Shown here in pieces: positions 25,946 to 38,632 of a stretch of 64,000 nt of DNA. How positions within the stretch are numbered: position 1 is the stretch's first letter; the number at the start of each line of letters is the position of its first letter. Both the position numbers and the translations under genes were made by a program. The DNA comes from Paraspadella gotoi (lineage: Eukaryota; Animalia; Chaetognatha). The stretch is taken from contig CM119266.1 in NCBI GenBank assembly GCA_051294375.1, positions 13,580,735 to 13,644,734 of the forward strand, in the 5' to 3' direction. The notes below the pieces were generated by a model. The model was not told where the DNA came from, did no database searches, and saw only the letters and a program-made list of their open reading frames with translations.

Positions 25946-26804
25946 ACCGGAAAAGGACGCCCCCTAAAAAGCAGAGCGAGAATAGAGAGAGAAACAAACA
26001 AAAGGAAAATGTTGACACACCTGTCGTAAGCAAAAAAAGGAAGGAAAGGGGAAGTTGTTTGCCCGAAAAACCGTTGTTGCGAATCTTAGNNNNNNNNNNN
26101 NNNNNNNNNNNNNNNNNNNNNNNNNNNNNNNNNNNNNNNNNNNNNNNNNNNNNNNNNNNNNNNNNNNNNNNNNNNNNNNNNNNNNNNNNNNNNNNNNNNN
26201 NNNNNNNNNNNNNNNNNNNNNNNNNNNNNNNNNNNNNNNNNNNNNNNNNNNNNNNNNNNNNNNNNNNNNNNNNNNNNNNNNNNNNNNNNNNNNNNNNNNN
26301 NNNNNNNNNNNNNNNNNNNNNNNNNNNNNNNNNNNNNNNNNNNNNNNNNNNNNNNNNNNNNNNNNNNNNNNNNNNNNNNNNNNNNNNNNNNNNNNNNNNN
26401 NNNNNNNNNNNNNNNNNNNNNNNNNNNNNNNNNNNNNNNNNNNNNNNNNNNNNNNNNNNNNNNNNNNNNNNNNNNNNNNNNNNNNNNNNNNNNNNNNNNN
26501 NNNNNNNNNNNNNNNNNNNNNNNNNNNNNNNNNNNNNNNNNNNNNNNNNNNNNNNNNNNNNNNNNNNNNNNNNNNNNNNNNNNNNNNNNNNNNNNNNNNN
26601 NNNNTTTTAAAAAACTATTTAAAAATAAATATTTTGTCAAAATATGTATTACCTAATTACCTTCACCTTAAACACTAATCAGTAATCACCCCTAATCATA
26701 AACCACCCCCTAAACCACCCTTAACCCTAAAGTCCCCTTAACCCCAGTTGGCGAAAAAAAAAATTATGCCGAAAAGGGTAGCAGCGAAAAAAAAAGAGAT
26801 TGCA

Positions 26805-26875
26805 TCGCTCCAGTCGCACCATTCGCTCCTGTCACTTCTGTCGCTCCAGTCGCTTCTATCGCTCCAGTCGCTATA
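26805..26875 (+). repeat. 9-bp minisatellite (TCGCTCCAG)n, ~8 degenerate copies
   Basis: Direct reading; it explains the WSDRSDWSDRSD pseudo-ORF. Confidence 0.75.
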
Positions 26876-28810
26876 ACTCGTACCGAACGACCAGGTGACT
26901 GCGTCGCTGCGCGAGGAAGAAGTGCCAAGCCTTTTTTTAAAAAATACAGTCGCCACGCGCTGATAATCGGTTCTTAGGAAAAAAGCTTCTTTTATTGCGA
27001 AAAATAGGATTAATAGAATATTTTGCATAATGTGTGTAAAGATTATGAATATAAGACGTGAAATTTAAAATGTAGTACTGTAGTAAAGATAAAACCATAG
27101 AAAAAGTTGTATAAAAAGTGAAAAATCAATTCATACAGGCGTAACGCTCCCTCTAAATAGTGCAAATTTAATTCGACTATGGTTGTATGTCGCATGTGGC
27201 TCGAGTATTGAGTGACGAAGTAAAACCGCCTACGTATGTATATTTTATAGAGGTGAAAGACGTAACAACTTTATGAATCTTTCGATAAAAATCTTAAAAG
27301 AAAATCCGTTTTTATCTTTAGTTTTTAAAATTTTTNNNNNNNNNNNNNNNNNNNNNNNNNNNNNNNNNNNNNNNNNNNNNNNNNNNNNNNNNNNNNNNNN
27401 NNNNNNNNNNNNNNNNNNNNNNNNNNNNNNNNNNNNNNNNNNNNNNNNNNNNNNNNNNNNNNNNNNNNNNNNNNNNNNNNNNNNNNNNNNNNNNNNNNNN
27501 NNNNNNNNNNNNNNNNNNNNNTCCTCTTCATTCGCTCTTTCATTCTTGTTCTGAAAAAGAGCGAGCCTTTAAGAATGAGAGTCCTAATCAAAAGCTCATG
27601 ATCATTCATCATTTTCCCATTCACCGTGAAACAGTGAGGAAAGGTAATTCGCGTCCCGTCTCGACTCGGCGCGCGATTCCTGCGTCGATGTTGAATTTCG
27701 GGCGAATTGGTGGGGGGAGGGCTGGTAAGGAAGCCTTACTTTTTAAGGTGGAGTTCTTTGATTTTAAAATAATGATGTAGAAAGATAAATAAACAAGATT
27801 GAAGGTTTTGAAGGCATTTTTTTTTATAGTAGAAAAATCCTAACCTTAGTTTGAATTCGGCAATTAACCCTCTCACCGAATAACGTGAAAAAAACGTGAA
27901 TTTAATTAACGCTAACGAGTTTCAGCGATCGTATTTTTCCGTCTCGACACGACAAACTCATTAATCCTCGCCAAATGCAATAGAGTTAATAAATGAATTA
28001 GGCGGACGAGGGAGGATAAGTTAGGGTTCGAGGGTGAGTTGGCGGCTAATTGAGGTTTCGGTTCCGGGGAAACGGAAACGACCGAGAAACGAATGGCCCG
28101 ACAGTAGACCGGACCTGAGGATCGGACCGGACTGGAGACCGGACATGAGGTCCGGAACCGTGGACTGTGGGAAGTTATGGCCGGATGAACGGATGAGCGG
28201 TGACTCGAAATGCTAATCGAAAAACTGTAAAAGAGATGATAAAATAGCGTAATTTAAAACCACAAACAACTATAAAGAAGTGCTTTAAACAATAAAGAGA
28301 AAAATGAGTAAAATAAGAAACAAAATGTGGACGCAAAAATCGAAGACGAATGAAAAAAAAATAAAGTGTAAAATTTTGTAAAAATGATATAAAAGTCACT
28401 CTGCTACAGTTTCAACGTATAGTATAAAACCAGAGACTAAAATCCGATGAATTACTAAAGAAGAACGGTGATTCCAATATATTACACCGCAGTGACTTTA
28501 TTTTCACTAGTATTTCTCTTTGATCATATAATATGACATGACATAACATGATTAAAAAACTTTCCCTTTGTATTCACTGCATCGAAATTCCATATAGTTT
28601 TAGGATTTCCTGAGGGCGGTCACTTTGATTTATGGTCTTTTCTGTCTTCAAAAATGAGCAACCAACTAATAGGCGAATTATATGAATTTTTAATGAAAAG
28701 TAGGACAGACCGAAGTACAGATATACCAATCAGACAGGACCGACCGACCAAAAAGTGACTTATTGAGTTGCTCCATGAGTACTCGCGGCGCAACTAAAAA
28801 TTTACCGTAT

Positions 28811-28920
28811 GAATGACCAGACGAAAGATCGGACGAAAGACCGGACGAAAGACCGGACGAATGACCGGACGAATGACCGGACGAAAGGCCGGACAAAAGA
28901 CCGGACGAAAGACCGGACCG
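28811..28920 (+). repeat. 12-bp minisatellite (ACCGGACGAAAG)n, ~9 copies; related degenerate tract at 28100-28165
   Basis: Direct reading of the tandem units. Confidence 0.85.
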
Positions 28921-29053
28921 GGTAAACATGGTAGAAAAAATGAATGGAAAAGCTGAACGTGTGTGGACGCGGGCTCGTGGAGCGGGGGAAAATTGTTTTG
29001 GGTATTTTTACCGAAAAAGTCAGAAACTAATAACTCGCTGAGATAGAGAAAAA

Positions 29054-29120
<67 letters not shown>

Positions 29121-29457
29121 GGAGAGAGAGTGAAAAAAGCTGAACCTGGATAAATGAAGTTATGTATAGAACTTTTTACAAAACTAACTCGATTTGCTGA
29201 ACTTAAAAAGATTTTTAAAAATTCTTTATATGATGATATTGAATATGATTTTGGGGAAGCAAACTTCAAAAAAAAAAAAAAATAAAATAAAAGAATATTA
29301 AGACAGTGTAAAGTAGAAAAAGGGAGAGATCGGGAGGAAGGGAGAAGAGAAGGAGAAGGCGAGAAAGAGAAGCCGCGACATCGGGAGAGAGAGAGAGAGA
29401 GTTAAAGAGAGATAGAGACGGAGTGAATCTGAAGGAAAGATAAATATAAAGCCTCAC

Positions 29458-29634
29458 CAAAAAAGCAAAGGGGATGGTGTGAAAGACGGCGTCGAGGTTG
29501 AGGAGGAAGATGAGGAGGAGCGAGGAGGTGAGGAGGAGCATCATGATGACGATGAGGAGGAAGAAGTGTTGTCCGGTCGTCCGGTCGCTGAGGCCGACGT
29601 GTCCGGTCAGTCCGATCACGACGAGGCCCAGCGC
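29458..29634 (-). CDS. Gene B MARVEL TM1-TM2 exon (ALGLVVIGLTGHVGLSDRTTGQHFFLLIVIMMLLLTSSLLLIFLLNLDAVFHTIPFAFL)
   Basis: ccttccag| acceptor and |gtgagg donor; 177 nt, phase 0-0. Two hydrophobic segments with the GxxFF motif typical of MARVEL TM2. Confidence 0.85.
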
Positions 29635-29772
29635 CTGGAAGGAGGAGGGGAGAAAGAGATAAGTGGGGAAAAAATGTAAATAATAAACGAGGGGAAAATG
29701 GTACGGTTCATAATTGATGGAGCGAGAGACTGGCGAGAGTGGGATGGAGAGAGAGAGAGACAGAGAGAGAGA

Positions 29773-29803
<31 letters not shown>

Positions 29804-30514
29804 CGCGTAAAGTTAATGATATTTCGAGACGCTGGGAATAGAACGTTTTGGTAAACAGATCTCAGAATTTTATCAAAGTTTATTTTTTTAACTTTTCTTT
29901 GATTCATTCTCAGAAAAGTAAAAATGCTGCGGAGGACGAACGTGGCTGCTAGCAGCTGTCGCAGAAACGGTTGCCGTGGCTGGTACTGCTTGGTATCAGC
30001 TGGCGAAGTTATCAATCTAGGCGCTTCTTTTTAAAAGTAAATTGAATCTGAAACGAAAAACAAAAGAAGAAGGAAAAAACTAAATTCTCTCTTACGGAGA
30101 CAACCTTCTTTGTTGTTATTGTTTTCATTCACATCGAATTCGCCCTGATTTACTTAAACTACTCAAACTTCCTCCCATTCAATTTCTCCGACCCCTTACC
30201 CTCTCTCTCATTCAGAAGCGATTTTCTGAGGAAACGATCGAGCCGCGAACCCCATTCGTTCCCGACCACGGGCCCCATCTCTTACGTCTCGTTTTATTTA
30301 ATTTTGTCGTTCGTTCCCTCTCTTCCCCCAACCCCCTAAGTTCCACAACTCCAACACCCTCCGCAAGCTCACACCCCCCTCTGTCGCGCGAAGAAAGGTA
30401 AGTTGATTCGCGATTCGAGCGCAAAAAGATTAAAAAAAAAAGAGGGAGGACGTTAATCACGACGGGTCACGAGGGTCACGGAGGGCGTGGCTGTTTCCGG
30501 CGATAAGACGTCAC

Positions 30515-30583
<69 letters not shown>

Positions 30584-30834
30584 AGAAGAACTTCGCTTCA
30601 ACCAAAACAACGAGAAGACGACGATTACACTCCGACGACGACGACGACGAAGACGACGACGAGGACAACGTCCGTTAAATTATAAATATCTCGTAAATGG
30701 AAAGAAAACAGTAGCTATCATATGCAGAAAAAAAAAAGAGATGAAATACTTTTTCTTATTCTGTTTTTCCTCTTTCCCCCCCCCTCGCGCTTCCCCCGCC
30801 TCTTGTGAATATGGGAATAAGGTCTCAAGCAAAT

Positions 30835-30906
30835 TCGGCCGACAAATCTGCCGACAAGATGGTTGACAAATTTACCGACAAGATGGCTGACAAACTGGCC
30901 GACAGA
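30835..30906 (+). repeat. Degenerate 12-bp minisatellite (GCCGACAAATNN-like), ~6 copies
   Basis: ggccgacaaatc tgccgacaagat ggttgacaaatt taccgacaagat ggctgacaaact ggccgacaga. Confidence 0.75.
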
Positions 30907-33184
30907 CTATATAGTTCGGTTTCGTCGAAGCTCAATCTCTCCGCGTGCGACGCCCTTCAAAAAGATGAATGGATTTCTGTTTACACCTGAAAAAAAAAAT
31001 AAAGAAAAGAAAAAGAAAAAAAAAAGAGGACTTATGTTGTTGGTTGTTTGCGACTTTTATCCCTTCCACGGACGAAGTCTGGAGAGAGAGCTTAAGGGGG
31101 GGACGCCAAGAAATAGGCTTGGAGGCGGTGGAGTGTGGAGGGAGTGTGGGTGTGGAGACGAGGGTGTGGACGGATTGAGTAGTGGACAAATTGGAGGAAT
31201 ATCAACTTCGAGAAAAGATCGAAAGACTCTTCGGCTCCAGTGTGTTGCGGGGCGGGGGATAGTTCGCTGGCAAATGGTCGCCGCTCAAAGAGTTAGATGA
31301 GGGAACGGAGATTATATAAATATTTATTTATATAAATAGAGCAAAGTAACCAATATCTTATATGGCACCGGTCCTTCTTTAATGTGTGAAAAACTATTTC
31401 GAACTAGTAAGACCTATAGACATTATTTATCGCGAGACAAAGTTTTTACTTAAACATCAAAACCAAAGGCCAAAACGCCATCCGACGTCAAAAAAGAAAA
31501 AAAAATGCCTCGTATTCGAATCACGCCAACGGCGGCCCTTTTCGCGTCTCGTCGCGCGCCAAGTCTTGCATACTTGTATTAGCCATTCTTTCTTTTTAGT
31601 TTCGTTGCTCTTTTATTTTTTTTACCGTCACGTGTCCACTTTTGTTTCCATCTCACTCTCTTTCTTTTTTCCCCTCCATATTTTTTTTTTTTTTTTGGGC
31701 CGGCACCGGCTCGGTTCTTTTGTTTTGGTCCCGTTATTCATCTCCAGGGGGATTTTCTGCTTCTCTTTGAACTCGCCACCGGAAGCCAGCGAAGACGCTG
31801 ACGATAACGACGGCGATAACTCAACTCCTCCCGGCGACGGAGGATGAGAAGGAGGAGGAGGAGGATGAGGAGGAGGGTAAGGTTGGGGCGGGNNNNNNNN
31901 NNNNNNNNNNNNNNNNNNNNNNNNNNNNNNNNNNNNNNNNNNNNNNNNNNNNNNNNNNNNNNNNNNNNNNNNNNNNNNNNNNNNNNNNNNNNNNNNNNNN
32001 NNNNNNNNNNNNNNNNNNNNNNNNNNNNNNNNNNNNNNNNNNNNNNNNNNNNNNNNNNNNNNNNNNNNNNNNNNNNNNNNNNNNNNNNNNNNNNNNNNNN
32101 NNNNNNNNNNNNNNNNNNNNNNNNNNNNNNNNNNNNNNNNNNNNNNNNNNNNNNNNNNNNNNNNNNNNNNNNNNNNNNNNNNNNNNNNNNNNNNNNNNNN
32201 NNNNNNNNNNNNNNNNNNNNNNNNNNNNNNNNNNNNNNNNNNNNNNNNNNNNNNNNNNNNNNNNNNNNNNNNNNNNNNNNNNNNNNNNNNNNNNNNNNNN
32301 NNNNNNNNNNNNNNNNNNNNNNNNNNNNNNNNNNNNNNNNNNNNNNNNNNNNNNNNNNNNNNNNNNNNNNNNNNNNNNNNNNNNNNNNNNNNNNNNNNNN
32401 NNNNNNNNNNNNNNNNNNNNNNNNNNNNNNNNNNNNNNNNNNNNNNNNNNNNNNNNNNNNNNNNNNNNNNNNNNNNNNNNNNNNNNNNNNNNNNNNNNNN
32501 NNNNNNNNNNNNNNNNNNNNNNNNNNNNNNNNNNNNNNNNNNNNNNNNNNNNNNNNNNNNNNNNNNNNNNNNNNNNNNNNNNNNNNNNNNNNNNNNNNNN
32601 NNNNNNNNNNNNNNNNNNNNNNNNNNNNNNNNNNNNNNNNNNNNNNNNNNNNNNNNNNNNNNNNNNNNNNNNNNNNNNNNNNNNNNNNAACAAGCCGGTG
32701 CCGGGCTTCAAAGCAAACTGCCGCGGATACGTGACCGGAATAGCAAAACATTTCGACGATTAAATTCTTCAAATCCTTTCGGTTTACATACGTTTTTTTT
32801 TCGGGTTAAACTCCTGTTTGGATTCAATTTCTACTTGTTGCCACATTACCTTTTCGATTTTTCCGTTGTACAGCTTTAGTCTGGGGTAAGAATTATAAAA
32901 CTATATCAAACTGTCAGTCGGGTTACGTAAATCTTCTACCGACATTGGTCAAAAAAAAAAAAAAATAGTGATACCATAAAAGCCACCGGGCTTCCTACCG
33001 AACTTCACACGGTGAAAACAAGAATTGAGAAAAAGAAATAAAGAGAATACGAATTTTCGTCTTTAAGTTTTTTTTTCCTTTTTTGAGAGCGAGAGAAAGG
33101 AATAGCACTTTTTTTTTCGGGGAAGGCAATTTTCTTCTTTGGTTAAAGTATGTCTTCCGTTCGGCTGTCGGCTCGACGGCTCTC

Positions 33185-33451
33185 TTTTCCAAATGCGCCC
33201 CATTTCTGTTCCTTAATTCCCGAATTTAATTTTAATCATAATAATCTAAATTTATTAATAAAGCCAAAACTTAATCACTAATCGTAATCCCTAACCTTAA
33301 TCCCAAACTCTAACCAAATATTTAACCATAAACCCTAATCCTTAAATCTTTAACCTAAAACCTAATCACTCAACCTAATCTTTAACTTAATCTTTAAACC
33401 TATAAACTAATTAAATTCCGAATTGAGGATGAAATGGGGCGCTTAGGAAAA
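33185..33451. mobile_element. Short TIR element with a degenerate (CCTAAC/CCTAAT)n core
   Basis: ttttccaaatgcgccccatttc…cccgaatttaatt versus aattaaattccgaattgaggatgaaatggggcgcttaggaaaa (~45 bp imperfect IR). The internal ccctaaccttaatcccaaactctaacc is a repeat tract. Confidence 0.65.
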
Positions 33452-33923
33452 ATAAGGCCGGCTCGGCTGTCGGCTCAGCTCGGCTGTCGGCCATTAGGGA
33501 AAACAATTCTTTACCGCAACCAACCTTGAAAGCCGGAAAACGGCAGAAGGAAAAAGAGGCGTTTAGATCGTGTGACGCTTCAACTGTCTGTCTGTCTCTC
33601 AGACTGTCTGTATCTTAGTCAGTCTGTCTCTCAGTCAGTCCGTCTGTTGGTCTCTTTGCCTGACACTTTGTGTGGCTCTTTACTTAAATATTTTTTTCAT
33701 ACTGTAAAAAAATAAGAAAAAAAAAATTAAAAAACTTTCTGAACAAGAAAAAATAAAATTCTAATCTTATTTTGTATTTTAAAGAAATTAACAAAGAAAC
33801 CGCCAGCGTTTCACTGAGCTTAATTTCGCTTGAAAATTTTCTAATTTTTACTTTTTTTTTATAACAAATGGGAATAATCTTTCTTCTCTAAAATTCCATT
33901 TTCTGAGTTTTACTTTAATTTTT

Positions 33924-34012
<89 letters not shown>

Positions 34013-34029
34013 CCCACCCGCCCACTCAC

Positions 34030-34271
34030 CATTGCGAGCATCTTGAGTATTCCGATGACAGAGAGCGGAAACTCCTTGACGAACTTGAGATTTCCTTTGG
34101 TCGGGTTTTCGAAAATGGCGTTGATGGAGGAGGGCGATGACGTCACCGTCGAGTTTCCTCGTTTCGCGTTCGACGTCTGATTCGTCGTCGTCGTCGTCGA
34201 GGAGGAGGTGACGGAAGGCGGCGCCAGGGTCGCAGCCGTAGAACCGGACGCCGCTGCCGCCGTCAACATGG
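34030..34271 (-). CDS. Gene B exon: Ser/Thr-rich linker plus MARVEL start (…NLKFVKEFPLSVIGILKMLAM)
   Basis: ttccttccag| acceptor (phase 1) and |gtgagt donor (phase 0). EFPLSVIGILK matches the MARVEL N-terminal FxxSxxGILK motif. Confidence 0.85.
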
Positions 34272-35157
34272 CTGGAAGGAAACGGATGAGTCGTTGACCA
34301 CCAAGATATTTATTATTTCTTTTTGTCATTATTCTAAAAAAAAAAAGAAGGAAGGAAGGAAGAACATTTAATCTAATATATGTAGGTAAAATACGTAAAA
34401 TAAGTACGAAACCATGGTCGATAGTACGAATAAAAAAAACTAAAAATAACAATAATGATCTCAACTCAATTCAACAGATAACGGCGACAAAGTCTGTTTT
34501 TAACGTCCTTGCAAATGAGTAAATCAAAATGACGAGTGAGATATTGAATCTTTTGCGTCACTCGTTCCTCCGCCACCCGCGGGCGATGTTCGCGCCCTGA
34601 CATTTCCTCGGATTCAACGATAAAAAAAATAAATTATTATCCAAAGAAATTGATTTAACTTTGCTTCCGATAATGAATGGCGTCGACTCTTGTTGTTGTT
34701 CTTTGTATTAAAATAAATAGATAATTAGATACTAAACAGATAGAAAATAAATAAAATTAAACCATGTCAACTCGACATATTCGGTTTCGAGAGGCACAGT
34801 CTGTGACAGTGACGAAATTATTTATTTATTTCTTCATATTACTCAAATTACCACTTTCATGTTTATGTTTCCCTCGTAAGCTTCATAAATGATACAGAAA
34901 ATGTTTAAAGACGTCTTTTTCAGTGACTTTACTGTAAATTTCGAAGACATTTTCCTTCGAGGTGGACATCGCATTGAAAAAAAAAAATTCCATTAAGTTT
35001 AAGTCAAGAAGAATATTTATACATTTCGGGCAATGGCGCCAAATTCGAAAGAAAAAAAAAGGTCTTTGGCGATAAAGAAAAAGCGAAGTTTCATATCTGT
35101 CGGACGTTTGACCCGCGCGGTCGCCTTAGCGCGATTACGCCCGGCGATTGGTTTCTT

Positions 35158-35272
<115 letters not shown>

Positions 35273-35655
35273 TTTAGTTAAAAAAAAAGGGAAACATAAA
35301 TAAATGGTTAATATCCAACGTTTGACAAGAATCACGTTTCGTTTTGTTTCGCCCTTCCTTTCTTCATCTCTCCCCTTCCCTTTCTTTCCTTATTTAAGCC
35401 GAAACATTGACTTCGTCTGACCCTATCGGCTGAGCGGTGCGCCACCTCCCGCGAATGAAGGGAAAAAAAAGAAAAAAATAGGGAAAAATAAGGAATATGG
35501 ACGTCGTAAATCCTCTTCGTCTCGATTTATCGTCATCGTAGTCGTTCTCATCGTCGTCGTCGTCTTCGTCGTCTTCGTCGTTGGTGTCTCACTTATGAGG
35601 AAGTCTCGAGGTAAGTCGCATTTTTTAAACCTGACTTCTTCTTTTTCGGTTAACC

Positions 35656-35848
35656 AATTTTAAACCTGTCAAACAAAGTAGAGTTAAATTTAAAAAGTCA
35701 GTGTCGTATCATCATATCGCCATTTGCGGTGAGAAAACGTCTTGACTGATAATTTTAAACTTGTCAAACAAAGTAGAGTTAAATTTAAAAAGTCAGTGTC
35801 GTATCATCATATCGCCATTTTCTGTGAGAAAACGTTTTGACTGATAAT
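35656..35848 (+). repeat. ~94 bp tandem duplication (2 copies)
   Basis: aattttaaac.tgtcaaacaaagtagagttaaatttaaaaagtcagtgtcgtatcatcatatcgccattt occurs twice. Confidence 0.85.
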
Positions 35849-36889
35849 TATATGATATATATATCATATTATATTATTTGTTATAAAAAAATTCATATTC
35901 AAAATACTTCTACGTCTTCGTCGCCGTCGTCATTTCATCTCTCGATCGTAAACCGCATTCCCACCTGGAGGCGTGGCCAAAAGATGACTGCTGGTATCCA
36001 TGGCGACCGGACCGGAACGAATTCTTCCATTGGACATCAAAATTTGACCGTTGCCTAGGAAACAAGGAAGAAGAAGATGAGGAAAGGGAGAAGTGTTCGG
36101 GGTGAAAAAAAAAAAAGGGTCACCGCAAATATATATAAAAATATATATATAAAAAAAGAAAGATAAGGAAGAAGATAAAGAAGATAAGAAAAAAAAATTA
36201 AAAAAAGATGGAAGGACGAAAAGTCATTAGATAATGAGAAATTCAGGGAGAGATTGACAAGGCTTGGGGGAAGATAGGATAGATGATGGATAACGCGAAA
36301 GGAGGTCGACGACGACGACGACGACGACGGAAAATGAGAAATGTTGATCTAAACGTTAATGGAAATCAATTTAGAAGAATATTGGCCCAATATTGCGAAA
36401 TTAGGAGGTTTCTCTCTATAACGAAGGTAAAATCGAAAGGTCATTCTAGTAAAGCTCATTTTTTCGCCACCTTTACATATTCGGTCGATAACAGATATTG
36501 CAAATGACAAGACCAACAGAGTTTCATCCATATTCATTTTTTTAGATCAAAACCAAACTTGCATTTCGTAGAAAAAAAAAAGAAAGATTACCGGTCATGG
36601 CGGGGTTTTGCGGCGTGATCGAACCGTAGCGATCGTGAGTATTCTGTTGGAATGGAAAAGGATGTTCGTGATAACAACAACAACAACAGAAATCACGACA
36701 ACGACAGTAGAGACTCACCAAATTCGGGGAGACGATGACGTCGGCGGAGAGGGGGGGAGGCGAGGTGAGGCGCGGAGATTTCGCCGAGGGAAGATGATTC
36801 CGACCGCGCAAAGATCAGTCACACGCCATCTGGGAACGACGGAATAGAGAGAGGAGGAGAGAGAGAGAGAGGAGAGAGAGGAGAGAGAG

Positions 36890-36932
<43 letters not shown>

Positions 36933-37125
36933 TAAAAGAGCGAATGAGGATAAACAAAACACAGAAAGTTGAATAACCGACGTGAATCACACACGAACAC
37001 ACACACTCTCTCCTCTCTCTCTCCTTCCCTCTCTCTCTCTTTCTCTCTCTCTCTCTCTGACGCCCTCTCACTCAAATGAGCCGAGAAAAAAAGATGTAGC
37101 AGAAAAACCTCATCCTTCAAAAACC

Positions 37126-37177
37126 GTTTTCCTTTCCTTTCCTTTCCTTTCCTTTCCTTTCCTTTCCTTTCCTTTCC
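37126..37177 (+). repeat. (TTTCC)n pentanucleotide microsatellite
   Basis: Direct reading. Confidence 0.9.
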
Positions 37178-37228
37178 TCCGTCCTCGAATATCAAACAAG
37201 AAAATATTTAAACCTCGACGGCGCTCAC

Positions 37229-37372
37229 CGAAACCTCCTCGAAGTTGTTGTTGTTGTAATTGCTGATGTTGTTGCTGTTGTTGCCGCTGTTGAATCTGCT
37301 GTTGCAGCTGAAGCTCATCGTCTCGGGCGTCGACGTTAGATTCGGAGGGGACGCTGTCGTAAAGAGCCATTC
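37229..37372 (-). CDS. Gene B poly-Q exon (MALYDSVPSESNVDARDDELQLQQQIQQRQQQQQHQQLQQQQLRGGF)
   Basis: ttttttacag|GA ATG acceptor and G|gtgagc donor; phase 1-1, in frame with the 34271 exon. The ATG at 37370 could be a start codon or internal. Confidence 0.75.
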
Positions 37373-37894
37373 CTGTAAAAAGAAATAATAATACGATTAA
37401 AAATTACTATTTTTTTACTTAATTTCGCTCTAAAATTGTTCAAGAGTACGAGTAAATTTTGGCTCTAAAATAATGCTAATTTTGAGAATAAGAATGGCAC
37501 CAAAACGTTTGACTTGAGAGTGGAAGAAGACAGACAGAAGAGAATCAGAAACAAAACCAAGGAATCCATCCGCCTTTGATTAAACATAGAGTTAACAATT
37601 AAAGTGAAAATTTCAAGAAAGTAAAAAGTTCCCTTCAACAAAAAAAACTCCCTATTCGACTTAAAACGAGAAGCGCCCTATTTTTCTTTAAAAAAAAGGT
37701 GAAAAAAAAAATCCTTTCGAAAGCGGTGCGTGAGAGCGTGGAAAACCGAGGCGCGTGAAACAATAAAAAAAAATGCGGCGTGAACGTGAAAGGTCGATGA
37801 GGTATTTAAGTCGGGACGAGTCGAGCGGAAAAGAAACGCGCCCGACGTCTTCTCTCGGAGGCTGCTGCGCCAGGTTATTTTTAAAGGATGTTCC

Positions 37895-38018
<124 letters not shown>

Positions 38019-38566
38019 AGAAGAAGAAAAAACCGTTCAAGGTCTTTTCAAAGTGTGCTTTTAAGTACGAAAAGGTATAATCTCCGGAACAACTACGGAA
38101 TACGGATGACGGAAATAGAAATCATTTTTTCTTTCCACTTCCCCGTAAATATTTTTCATTTATTTTTCGTCCGTGTGTCCGTGTGTCTCTCTGTCTGTCT
38201 TTCTGTCAGTCTGTCGCGGTGTTTGAAGCGTGCTCGAATTAAATTTAAAAGTCTCTTTAGTCTTTCCGTTTTTCTTCTTTGGGAAGACTTCGACGAATAT
38301 CTTCCAGTTCCGAAATTTTTTTATTTTCGAAGAATCAGTTTCCTCAATATATTAATGCGAAAATTTAACGGCCGAAGATTTTCCGGACGCAGATAAAGAT
38401 TAAAAATCAAAGAATGTTCGAAAAAGAAACAAGCAAAAAAAAAAACAAAAAGACGTGATCCTGTTAGTGTCACTCACAAAAAAAAAAATCGGTCTAAGTA
38501 CGAAGAATGTCGCGATTATCTTCAACTCACCGAGGAATCTCACGCTTCGACGACATCTCGCGCCAT

Positions 38567-38632
38567 TCACTTACATCCGGGTACGGATTCAGTCGCTGTA
38601 TCACTTACATCCGGGTACGGATTCAGTCGCTG
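38567..38632 (+). repeat. ~34 bp tandem duplication (2 copies)
   Basis: tcacttacatccgggtacggattcagtcgctg occurs twice. Confidence 0.85.

Noticed and set aside
28811-28920. CRISPR-like array
   Set aside because: The 12-bp units have no unique spacers, and the context is a eukaryotic intron.
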